Shown here: positions 53,001 through 64,000 of the stretch, one piece after another
Layout of the letters: each line of letters begins with the position of its first letter
Position numbering within the stretch: position 1 is the first letter of the stretch
NCBI GenBank assembly: GCA_050273025.1
Contig: CP158636.1
Location: 5,580,001 to 5,644,000, forward strand
From: Cenococcum geophilum
Lineage: Eukaryota
DNA: 64,000 bases
Direction: 5' to 3'
Program-made: the position numbers and the translations under genes
Notes under the pieces: model-generated
What the model was told of the DNA's origin: nothing
What the model saw: the letters and a program-made list of their open reading frames with translations, nothing else
Databases searched by the model: none

Positions 53001-56000
53001 TAGCGCAATAATAACTTACTAACTAGCTCGTTAAATTATAGAAGATTGCATAAGAATTACCTTCTTACTATTATTATTGTAACTTTAGATAATAAGCCTT
53101 AATTTCTTAAATAGGGCGTTAATAGCTTTGCCTTTAATCTCGTTAACTATTTTTAACTTAAAGATACGAACTTTATTAAACTTAGTAGGGTTATACTTCT
53201 TAAATTTAAAGACTCCTCTTATAATAAGACCGTTAATCTCCTACTTATTAGATGCTTGGAAAGGAGCTCCTAGGGTTATAATATAACCTTCCTTTTAAAG
53301 CTATTTTGCGAGCTTAAAGTTAGCCTTCTCTTTAGCTATTATAAAGGCCATTAATAACTTAACTCTATTCTTAATAGCGGCAATAAATTGTTCTTTAAAA
53401 TTAATAAGATATTAGTAATTTTGTAATCCCTTTAGGCGACCTCTACCGCGTTATGGTTATAGCGTATCTACTACAATTATATTAGGATTATAGTCGTCTT
53501 CTAGAGTATGTTAATTATAGTTCTCTTTTAGGGCATCTTCTAGGGTATCCTATAAAGGCTTAGAATTATTATTTTTATAGTAAGGCTTAATAACAGTTAA
53601 ATGAAATTAAGTGGGTCTATAAGGTATCTGAATAGTATAAGTTTAACTATTAATTATAATAAGTTAATATAGGCCTAATTATCCTCCCTTTTTACGCTAT
53701 ACGTGTACTTTAGACTAGAGTGGCAGATTAAGCGTAGTTAAGGTATTTAGGCCATTTCTTATTCCTAGTACGTTATTAACCTAGCGTATAGCGTAGAGAT
53801 ATTACACCTCCTTTATTGCCTTATAAATAGCCTCGGCTTATTATATAATAGAGGGAGATAATAAAGAATTGTTAGTTATTTAAGGGTAGGCGCTAAAAAC
53901 TAGTAATATAGGTATAAGTTTATCCGGGCTAGCGGAATTATTAATAGCTTTAATAGCTATTTATAAGGTAAGTTTTTTACTAACGTTTTTTAGTTTTAAA
54001 GAGATAATCTTATATACGCGGCGTAATGGCGCGTAATATCGCTCTACTTTTTTAATACTATTATGCGCCTTAACGGGGACTTCCTTAACCTTAATTGCTA
54101 TTGCCTTTATCTATTATTGGAACTCTATAGATAAAAAGTTCTTTCTTACGTTATAGACGATTTAATTAGGGGGTCCTAGGTAGATATTAATCTAGTATAA
54201 CTAAAGGGTATCCTATACGTTCCTAGCTAATATATCCTTTAAGAATTATGCGGCTTAAAAGGAGGTTAAGAAGTTAACAACTTAGAGTACTAGCTTACTA
54301 CTAAGATATATAACGTTAATAATGATATAGAAGTTAAAGTTATAGTTATCTTTAAGGGTAAACTTAAATTGGCTAGGGGATTTCTGGTTTATTTAGTAGT
54401 AATAGCAGTACTTTATAAGATGCTTAATTGCCTTAACCTTAACTTTATAGCCTACTTGCTAAAGAACCCTAAGTAATTAATAAACGGATGGGTGGCCAAA
54501 ACGATGGTGTAGTTAGCGTAATTCTAACTTAGTTAAGTAGCTCTAAGTAATACTTTTTTCTAGTTAATAAAGGAGTAACTAGGGGTAACCCTATTTATAT
54601 ATAACGGGTACCTAATTATCTCCCTAAATAAGTATATTCTTAAGGTTATTAAGCCTAATACCTAATTTATTTATATCTTTAATGCAAAATAGAAATGGAG
54701 TGTTTGTAGGAATAATATAGAAAGTGATATATTTTAAGGGGGTTTGGACCCTAATTGTGCTAAGAAAGATTATAGTACCCTTGCTAAAACGAATTGTATA
54801 TTAGCCTGCCGTTAAATAGTTAATCTAAATAGAGTTATTAAGCTACTAAAGGGCTTAAACTTAAGGTTCTCCTGCTATAAATACTCCTGTGGCTCTAGTA
54901 TCTAGCATAATACTATAGAAGACATTTACTAAGTATCTGTTATTAAAGGAGAACGTAGAGCTCTCCTTTGGCTTATTAAAGATATCTAACTTTATAATAG
55001 AATAGAGCGTAGATTAGTTATTAAGAATAGTGATAGTTTATATACCATCTACCTTACTATACTTAGTAAAGTATTGGTTAGGAGAGTAGTTTTTAATTTC
55101 TATATCTATAAGGAGCTGTTTAGTCTTATTAACCTTACCCTTAAGATCTTCTACGCCTTTATATTAAACTAGGAAGCTTTAGAAGTAGGCTATAGTAATC
55201 TTATAATTTCTAATATTTCTTATACTCTAACGGAACTTATTATATGCCTCTTTTTACTTATTAAGGGAGTGTCTAGTTAACTAGTAATTTGGTTTCTTAT
55301 AAACATAGCATTTTTTCTAGTAATTACTTCGAAATAAACCTCTATAAGGACCTCCATAATTACCTTATAGTTAACATTAATTATACCCTTTGCCGTATTC
55401 CCTACTACGGCCGCTATATATTCGATTAGTCTAGTTATAATTATATTGGTTAGGAATGCTTAGTTAGGTAGGGTTTTTAGTATAAAGCTGTTAAGATTCT
55501 TGTGTTTATATTATAGTACCTATAGCGGAGCGTAGCTTAGTATATATTCCTTTAAACGTGTTTATAGGTTTATATAGCGCTAAGTTATACTTAAGAATGC
55601 TATAGCATACTAAGATAACCTAGTCCCTTAGGCTGTTTTTATTTTAGTAAGTTTTAGTAAGTCCGCGTTAGATTTTTTAGAGTTTATTAAAGAGTAGTTA
55701 AAGGCACTCTAAATAAATCTTTGTTAGGTTAGAAGCAATAACTCTCTAGAATATAATCTCTCGCTATTTAGACATATAAAGTTAGCAATTCTTATTAGTC
55801 TTAAAGTGGGCTTTAGTAAGCTAAAGCATTATATTAAAGCTATAGTTTTTACCCGTAATATGGTCGTAATAAAATATTACTACCCGTCCCTTTAATATAA
55901 TAGAGAAAGCGTAGTGGTACTAGTGGCATTAAATTTTAACCTTGTTATAATAGTTATAGAAAACCTATAGTTTTGCTCTAAGTATGTTATATAATTCTCC

Positions 56001-57390
56001 TTTAAACTTTTTTTCTTTATCTAAATATACCTTTATCAGATTTGTAACTTCTTATAGTAGAGGGTTACCGGTTGGCTAGAGTAAAGAAGCTAGAGGTAGT
56101 AGAGGTAGAGGACAAGTACCTTTAGGTAGGAGAGTACCTTTAGGTAGGAGAGTAGCGTTCTAGGGGTTTTATTCTAAATTAAAGTTACCTTTTAAAGAAT
56201 ATAGGTTGGTTTTAAGTTTCTATAGTTAACATATAATCTCAGCTTCCGTCTATACTGGTTCTTCTATACTAGTAATAACAGCCTAAATATTACTAGTAAT
56301 TGGGTTACTGTTCTTAGTAATATATACCCCGTTCCTATAGAGGAAGTCTTAAAAATCCTAAATAATATTAACATTGCTAAGTGCCTAGGTGTTAGCGGTC
56401 TATTTTACGAAATCCTCCCTAAAATATTCCCATAGCTATATATTGGTGTAGTATTTACTTTAATAGAATATAATACAGTATAGGAGAAAGCTATTAACTT
56501 ATTTTACGGTATAAGTTATTATATTAAAGGTAAATTTATCCTAATTTTTATTAATAAGTTTCGCGTATAAAGCTACCTTTAGTAGTAAGGAGTCTTCCTA
56601 GTTATTTAAAGTAGGCGTAGCTATATTTTTGGAGGGAGGGAAGTGTTATTAGTATAGGGATTATCGTTTAGTACGCGTTTGTGATATATATTTATTATTT
56701 AGTACGCGTTTATAACATATATTTGCAATTATAGGGCTTAAGACTAGTTTTAGCCTTAAATTATAAAGATTTATAAAGCGTATTATTCTACGTAATAAAC
56801 GCAAGAATCCGTAATCTTAAAAAGGCTTAGGACTAGTTCTAGCCTTTAGATCCTTAGATTTATAAAAGAGTTCTATTTAAGGTTTAGGACCAGTTCTAAC
56901 CTTAAAAGACAGCTTCTTTTAGCACGAGTAGCACTAGTATAGTGGCTCGTCTCTTCTTGGTGAAATACCTAGCTATTCTATAGTATAACAGTAAAGTTAA
57001 CCACTAATCAATATTAGACTTATAAGGGGATATCACGTAGCTACGGTTCGTAGATAGTATAATGATTGTTATTCTTGTTTTGATTTTTTAGAAAGGGGTA
57101 AGGAACTTAAGGTTTCTTACTACGCTAGTGCTATGGCGGCATGTAACGGCAACTTACCGCACGTAACGGCAACTTGCTATATGTGGTGGCAATATGCCTT
57201 ATATAGTGACCACTTGCCTTTATTCCTAACACTAATAAGCGCAATTAAACTATTAGCCGATACTATTAAAGCGGATTAGTGCCAAAAATGGTGGCTGATT
57301 AAAGGCCTTTTATTAAGTAGTTTAATTAACTATATTAACACTAACGGAGCGTTAACTACACCCTAGTTAATAAGCTTAAATATTAATCTT
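50067..57390 (+). mobile_element. hAT-family transposase, 3' half, RIPed, interrupted by Copia copy 3
   Basis: GFI(G)KV(H)NIIKYI; LIKDGGV(R)WN(S)TYF(M)L; YFA..IL(HP); dimerisation domain NPLT(W)WL...Y(P)TL.KI.L.IFSI(P)A(M)SS..(ER)VFS.AK.IIT, continuing after the insertion as KRN.L.ADTI.A..CQKWWL. Confidence 0.88.
51139..57231 (-). mobile_element. Ty1/Copia LTR retrotransposon, GalEa-like, full length, RIPed (copy 3; different gag and LTR 3' half)
   Basis: 220-bp LTRs at 51139-51358 and 57012-57231; TSD CTAAT. 51740-55450 aligns by eye with pol and late gag of copies 1 and 2; 55460-57000 does not. Confidence 0.95.
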
Positions 57391-57669
57391 ACTGGCTATA
57401 AGCTAAATGCAGATTGTCTTATTCCCAGACCTTCTTACTAAGGCTTACCTTGCTAAGCCGCTAGCCGCTTTTAGTAAGACCTTTGTTAGAAGGTCTAGTA
57501 TACGGTTTAGATTTTTATTAATCCTGCGTAGGGCATTTAGGCCTATATACACCTACTTTAAGCTAAATTATCTTAACTTTTATAGCTCCCTAAGCTATTC
57601 CTAATGGCTAGAATTACCAAATTAAACTTAGCGAAGAAGACTACGTTACCCAATTTGCCCGATTCTAAT

Positions 57670-60480
57670 TTATTATCTTATTATCACGCCCGACGCCCCT
57701 AAGTCGTAGCAGCCGCACCTCTCCTACGACTACCGCCGCCCTCTTCCTACTATAGCTAGAGTACCCAAACTAATAAGCTAGCTTTAAATAAAAATTAAGG
57801 ACTATAAGTCTTTTATTTAAAATGCGAAAAAGTTAACTTAATATTAGAATAGCTGCATAAACACCATTAGGGTATTGCAACTTTTATTAAGTATTATATA
57901 ACCGCTTCCGGCCCTTTTAATTATAATACGCCAGAGCAACGTGTAAATAGGCTATAAAAGGCAATATTTAAAGAGCTAGAAGTTAAGGAACGGCTTATAG
58001 TATATAGTAATCGCTAGCTAAAAAGGCTCTATTAAGAACCTCTGTATAAGTAGATAGAGTAAGAGTTAGAGAATCTTATGCGCCTAAGAGAAGAAAACGA
58101 AGTTATTATTCCTAATAGGCTTGGATAATTTAATGCTAAAGAACTAGTTAAAAAGCTTAAGCTTAATACGATTACTGCTAATATATAGTGCTTTGCTCTA
58201 ACGCTATAGAGCTTCCTTATAGCTTTAGTTTAGCAAAGGCTATATACCAATTCTTGCGATATTACGCCTTACTATAATAAGCTCTTTATAGTATGCACAA
58301 TCCTAGTAAACGTATAAGCCCCTTAAGCTAGCTACCGGTTCTATACTGCTTTGGGGGTTTATTTACATAATATAGGTGTTAAAAGAAGGTGTATTACGCT
58401 TCTTTATAAATTAGGAGTTATAATATTATATACCGGTCTTGCCAAAATATAAAAGGAACTAGAGGAAGTTAATAGGGTATATGCTTCCACATTTAAGGGT
58501 TTAGATAAGACGCCTCCGTCACTATAAGCGGAGGGTATAGTTAAGGTATCTTAGCTATAGATCGCGTACTTAAGGCTTCTTGGTTACTACTAGTGTAATA
58601 AATAATAACTTTCTTATAGTATATAATTAAGGCAACTACTTTAAAGAACCGGAACTAGCTAATAGTTATATATAATAACTTTAACTAGAATAAAAGGGTT
58701 TAATATAAGACTACACTAAACACCAATAAGTACCTCTCCGCTACTACTTCTAAGCTTATACTTAACCTTAAGTTTTTATATAACGGTCTTCGCACTTTTA
58801 TACTTAAACCTACGGAACAGCTTACTTATAGCGTAATCTTTAATTATCCTAGTAACTAGGCAGATAGCTATACGAAACAGTGCCAGTTATATTAGATTGC
58901 TAAGGCTATTGCGTATACAATACCAAAAGTTAAAGAGCTTAATATTGTCGCAGACTTTTGGCCCAGTATGCCTATTATAGATTATCTCCTTCTATAAAAG
59001 CTACGCTACTTTATATTAGGTCCAATTCTAAAGAATAAGGGTACTTTAGAGGGCATGTATAGTGTTCTTAGGAATATATTTAGTGGTAATGACGGCGAAT
59101 GCGGGTTTTAAGAGGGCCAGCTAGGGTATAAGGAAGGATCCTTTAATAATAGTAAATTAGTCTTAATTAATGGCAATTAGAAGACTATAGGCCTCCTTTA
59201 ATCTATATAGTAAAAGCGCTATCTTAAAGAGCGCTACTATAAATAGCTAAAATGGTTTCTTTCTATGGCTGGATTGTTCTATTGGCGAACTAACTATATA
59301 GATATAATATACGACATTTACGGCGGACTATCTAAGTGCTTTAAATTGTTAGATTATAGCAAGGTCTACCTTAGCGCGTATTAGGGTTATAGGACGCCGT
59401 TCTATTATAAAGAGGAAGTTGTAATTAAGTCCTTTAACGCCTAAATTACTGCCTACTTCCTTAGTCTTTTTCCTTAAAATATTAAGGACTAGGGTAATAA
59501 GGGGGTTAATAATTAGATTACCGGACAAGATATTAGAAGAGGTAATAAAACGGCAGTAGTAAGAGTAAGATTCCTTACTACCTTATAGCGTATTTAAGAG
59601 GAGTTCTTCTTACCTAGCTAATAGTTCTATAGTAATAAACTAGTTAATAAGGTGTTCTAAAACTATGTTTAATTTATATAAGATATAGAGGTCTACCTTA
59701 TATTAAAGTTTGCTATTAAGTATGCTAATATTAGGCTTATTAAACGGGTAATTATTCACTACTATTTTCTCTTTACTAGTAGTGCAAAGAGTTAATATAT
59801 ATAGTTGGCTTTATACCTTACTAGATTACTTATAACTAAAGCCGCGGATTAAGTCCTCTAAAGATTATTATTTACTAGCATATTAGTTAATTATAAAGGC
59901 TAGTAAAATAGTTAGTTTAAGATAGATCGACTTAATAAATATTATAACCTTATTTTTAAGCTTCTTCTTTAAGGCCGACGGCGAACTAGTTTAGATGTAA
60001 CAGAGTTATTTACTTAAGTATTACTTACCGCTAGTTACTGCCTAGAGCTGCGGTATGCTATAAAGGACGTGTTTGGCCAGTTTAATAGTATATATTATAC
60101 GCTAGCTAACGCAGCTACTAATATATATTATCTTGCGCTTAAGCTATTAGCTACTATTATAAGGCGGCCTAGCGGATAAAAGAGTTACCTTAGCTATAAG
60201 GATATTGTTAATATTGGAACCTAGAGGCTCTCTAGGGGTTTAAAGGAAGGACAGCCTATAAAGCTACCTTCTAAAGCTAGAAAGTAAAGAATCCTAAAGC
60301 AACCAACTTACTATAACTCGCTTATTAATGGCTTTAATACAAAGCTATAAGGGCGTATTCCTATAGTAGAAGGCCTTAACAATATTAACGTAGATAAGCT
60401 TAAAACAACACTAATTAATACCTTACTTAATAGAGCTGCACTTAATACCTAATCTTATAGACTTTCTATCTAGTTCTAGT
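57670..60480 (+). pseudogene. DUF6589-like (Academ/AcademH-type) transposase relic
   Basis: VIY(D)NFN at about 58665; LVLI.G(D)(Q)KT at about 59157; AGLF(H)WRTNY at about 59268; LKFAIKYA(D)I(G) at about 59703; LVN.KG...(W)F..DRLN(E)..N at about 59883-59948. Confidence 0.7.
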
Positions 60481-60544
60481 ATTTTATATATAGCTATTAT
60501 CTAGCTAATAAAGAATACTTTAATAAGATAAAGAATACCTATAA

Positions 60545-60760
60545 AAGTAAGCTTAAGCCTAGAGAGCTTATGCCGGTATAGGATATAAAGAAGGCAAAGG
60601 ATATATCGCGATGGCAAAAGCTGCAGCTAAAATAGCAGGGCCCCCTTTAGATTAAAAGGTTATTAGAAAAAGGGTTCTATAAAATTAAGAACCTTAATAG
60701 TACTAAAATAGGAGGTACTCTATATAGGAATTAGTTAAAACGGTTTTATATATAAGATCC
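60545..60760 (+). mobile_element. Ty3/Gypsy integrase C-terminal (SH3-like) fragment
   Basis: KLKP(G)EL..V(W)D...KL..K(W)QGP..I...EKG.Y.I..L(DG)T......(G)N(R)LKRF pattern. Confidence 0.65.
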
Positions 60761-61545
60761 CAAGGGGATTAGACTAAAAGACCATATAAATAAAAGCAAC
60801 TATAATATAGAAGAAGTCTTTATAGAAGAAGAAGCACCTAAAGAGGAGGCTATAGCAGCGTCTCTTTTTTTAACTATACTACGATCTTACCGCGTCTTAA
60901 GGATTATACAACCCTACTAAAAAGGCAGTCTTTTATAAAGATTCTTCTACAAATAGGCTGTTACTTAGGACACCTATTACTATAAGTAGCAACTTATTTG
61001 CTTTCTTCTCTCTACCTTTATAATAAACACATAAAGCAACTGCAAGGATTAAAGTCTTCTACTATACTCCTACCTTATCCCACTAGTATAAGGAATTAGG
61101 AAAAGAGTTTAGCTCTTTAAAGCTGGTTTTAAATCCTCTATTTTAATAACTACTCTTATAAGGAATAACTATACGCGCGGTCTTCTTCCTTCTACCTTTA
61201 TTACTAATAACTATCTCTTATAAGTATTTTACATTTTTACGTTCTATAATTTTTAAATTAACATTTTTATTTCCTTTTAAGTTAAGAGAAAAGCTACTTT
61301 ACTTTAAGAAGTCTTAGTTAAGCATACTAGAGGTTGGAGTTAGGCATTATCTAAGTCTTATTTATTCTTTTAAAAAATAGTTAATATTAAAGTTATTATT
61401 ATATAAATGTCTTAGCAAGGAAAATCTAACTAATTAGATAACTTTAACTAGCGGTTAAAGTTCCTTAACATTTTAAGATTTCACATAATAACTATTTTAA
61501 TTTACCTTTTTAGTAAATACCACAAGATCTTTATTTTAACTTCCT

Positions 61546-61595
61546 GTTATCCTATTATCCTATTATCCTATTATCCTATTATCCTATTACCCTAT
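61546..61595. repeat. (TTATCCTA)n 8-bp microsatellite, about 6 copies
   Basis: Read directly. Confidence 0.85.
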
Positions 61596-61699
61596 CTTAT
61601 TTAATTATATACGCCTATTTGCCTTTCTTCACATTAAAAAGCACTATTATTACCCTTCTCTTAAATTGCCTGTTGCGTACGCGGAATTTTACTATAAAA

Positions 61700-64000
61700 A
61701 TGCCTAGAACTATAGAACTCCGCTTAAAAGGAAGGCCGCCACCTCTACCTTCCACGCCTCCGCCTCCTACTATCCGGTTAATGGCCCTTATATACTAAGG
61801 AAAGGCGTAGATAATAGAGGTTATCCTTAAAGCTGCCTAAAGCTACCCAGTTAATTAGCGCGTAAATATCTATTATAGTTTAATGTAGGTTATTTTAAAC
61901 CAGGAGCATAATGTGGTTAAGGCTATAAGAAATGCTATAATTAAGATTAAAAAGGATGGAGAGCTTAAAGGAAACTTAGAAAGTAAAGAGTAGGAAAATA
62001 CCTTTATAGATATTAGGAAGCTTTCTAAGATTACTTATAAAATTAATAAGATTAAGGTAGTACGGGATATAGTTAAGAAGGAGTAGGGAGAGAAACTTTT
62101 AGAAGGTCCCTATAAGCTCTTCTATACATATTACGTACTAAAAAGCATTTATATCCTTATTAATTAAGCTAAAAAGAGTAAGATTACCAGAGAGAATGCG
62201 TTAAAGATAGTTAATAATGTAATACTAAATCGCCTAAAACTTTTAAAGGCCGGGATCTTAAGGACTCTATACCTAATACCCTCGGATTTCCTTAATACTT
62301 ATAAATTTAGACTAAAAGTTAATAAGGAGCTAGTTAAGAAATAGGGGCTCGCCTATTATCCAAGCTGGGGCTATAAGCTTTTAGTACTAGCCTTAACTAT
62401 TAAAGCTAGAGGAGAGGGATTTATACTAGAGCCAGTTACTCTAGGACCTCTATTAATACCTTTTAAAGAGGTTAAAGGCTTAAACATAAAGATGCTGCGT
62501 AGTACATTTCTATTTAGAGGTAAGGTTCCTAAAGCTAATAAAAAGGACTCTAAATCTAATAAATCTACGTCTTTAGAGGATGTCTTTATAATTAGCTCCT
62601 CGCAAAAACGCAAGGCTGAAAAAGCTTCTAAGAAATCTCCTAGAAAGAAGCTAAAAATAGGACCTATAAAACCTTTAGCTTCTAGTAAAGCTAATAGATA
62701 AAAGGGAAAAGTAGCTATAATTGCTGAAGCTAATAAAGAGGTAATTATTAGGAAACTACGGCCGAAACGAAAAATAAAATACTTATACCATTCTAAAACG
62801 CCAGTTAAATTAATAAAGGCTTTTAATTTAAAGAAAAAACTAAAAGGCGGTGTCTCTTCCATCTTGCAATAGTTTATTATAGCCTAGCAAGGAAATAGGA
62901 CAGAAGTCTACGCGCTATACCGGATATATCTTTAGAAAATAGTAGGATTACTAGGACTAGATACTAGTACTTCCTTTATAAATTTATATTTACGAATTTA
63001 CTTAGTCTTTAAGAACTATAATGCTATTAATATTCTCTAGACAGCCAAAAGCTCTTATTTTTGGTTTAAAAGGGATAGTCGTCCTAAGTATATAAATAAT
63101 GGTCTTAGGATTTACACTTATTCTACTATACGACCTAGTAATTATTAAGTAGATTATATAGGGTTAAGGAAGCTTATATTAAGCTTAAAAGGGGAAATAG
63201 AATAGAACTTGCTTAGAATCCACTAGGCCAATTTATTTAAATAGTAAAAAGATACTAGGATTCTAGACATTTTTAAAGAGGAGTTTAATATATATGCGTA
63301 TTATTTATATAAGACCACTAGAGAGGAAAATAGCGGTATCCTTCGGACTATATACCATTTTTTGCTATAGTAGGCAATTCGGATAGATCTAAAGCACTAC
63401 TAGTATATAGTGGCTTTACGCGCCAATAGCGCTACTCGTTTTATTATATATCTAAGCTATACGCTTTAGTTCCTTAGTAGCCATCTCCCTAAAAAGTGGA
63501 ACTTGGAAATTAACCTTCTGTAAGTATATAAAGGAGGGCTAAATTTTAGAGAAAGCTAGCTTCGTTTTTATATCTCCTTAATTAATAAGGGGAGTTAGTC
63601 TTACGTAAAGTTCCTACCCGGCATATATTAGTATATATTAGAATAGATAGGCTTACTTTAAAAATATAGGGAACTTAATAATAGAGGGCGTATTAAGAAT
63701 ATAGAAACTGCCTAGACTAAAGCTAATGCTAAGAAGTTTAAGCTTAACTAGATGCCTATTGCGTTAAGGACTAGTAAAGTACGGTTTACAAAAGCTACTA
63801 TTATATAAGGAGCCTCTTAAGCAACATTAAGTTGCTTAATTATTATACTAGACTTAATTACAATCCTACTAAATATTAAGAGATTAGAGATTCCTAGGCT
63901 TAAGAGCCAGCAGGCCGTTATATAGATAAATTTAGACGCTTTTCCCCCGGTTTTAACTCCTACTAGCAAACCTATTTCTAACGCTCCTCTATATAAGTTT
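61700..64000 (+). pseudogene. RIP-degraded hypothetical gene with a Pro-rich N-terminus and a Lys/Ser-rich middle; runs off the right edge
   Basis: ATG at 61700 (MPRTIELRLKGRPPPLPSTPPPP). ORF 62492-62701 appears to be a surviving stretch of it. Family not recognised. Confidence 0.45.

Noticed and set aside
62371..62862. 163-aa minus-strand ORF as a membrane protein
   Set aside because: It is the antisense shadow of the Lys-rich plus-strand relic.
1..64000. Alternative genetic code or stop-codon readthrough
   Set aside because: Stops coincide with C-to-T and G-to-A transitions at CpA/TpG and differ between TE copies, which RIP explains.

Overview
Filamentous-ascomycete (Pezizomycotina-like) AT-rich DNA, almost all destroyed by repeat-induced point mutation (RIP): CpA/TpG are depleted, TpA is in excess, and reading frames carry TAA/TAG where CAA/CAG/TGG are expected. 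Most listed short ORFs are therefore meaningless, and the genes below were found by manual translation and mental reversal of RIP. From left to right: (i) a relic Starship-like element on the minus strand, with a DUF3435 tyrosine-recombinase 'captain' at 11263-13786, a BTB/POZ gene and several unidentified cargo-like relics running off the left edge; (ii) a divergent pair of dead helicase genes (Upf1/DNA2-like SF1 and SNF2-like SF2) separated by a spacer with 33-bp inverted repeats; (iii) nested transposons with readable target-site duplications: three full-length GalEa-like Copia elements (one apparently recombinant), one internally deleted LTR element, a full-length Tad1-like LINE and a hAT fragment; (iv) an 8-copy hairpin tandem array; (v) a ~1.35-kb RIP-spared island encoding a truncated GIY-YIG-like nuclease; (vi) a DUF6589/Academ-like transposase relic, a Gypsy integrase tail and an unknown gene relic. 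Family calls rest on recalled motifs, not database searches. Gene ends are approximate unless a TSD or LTR end is quoted.
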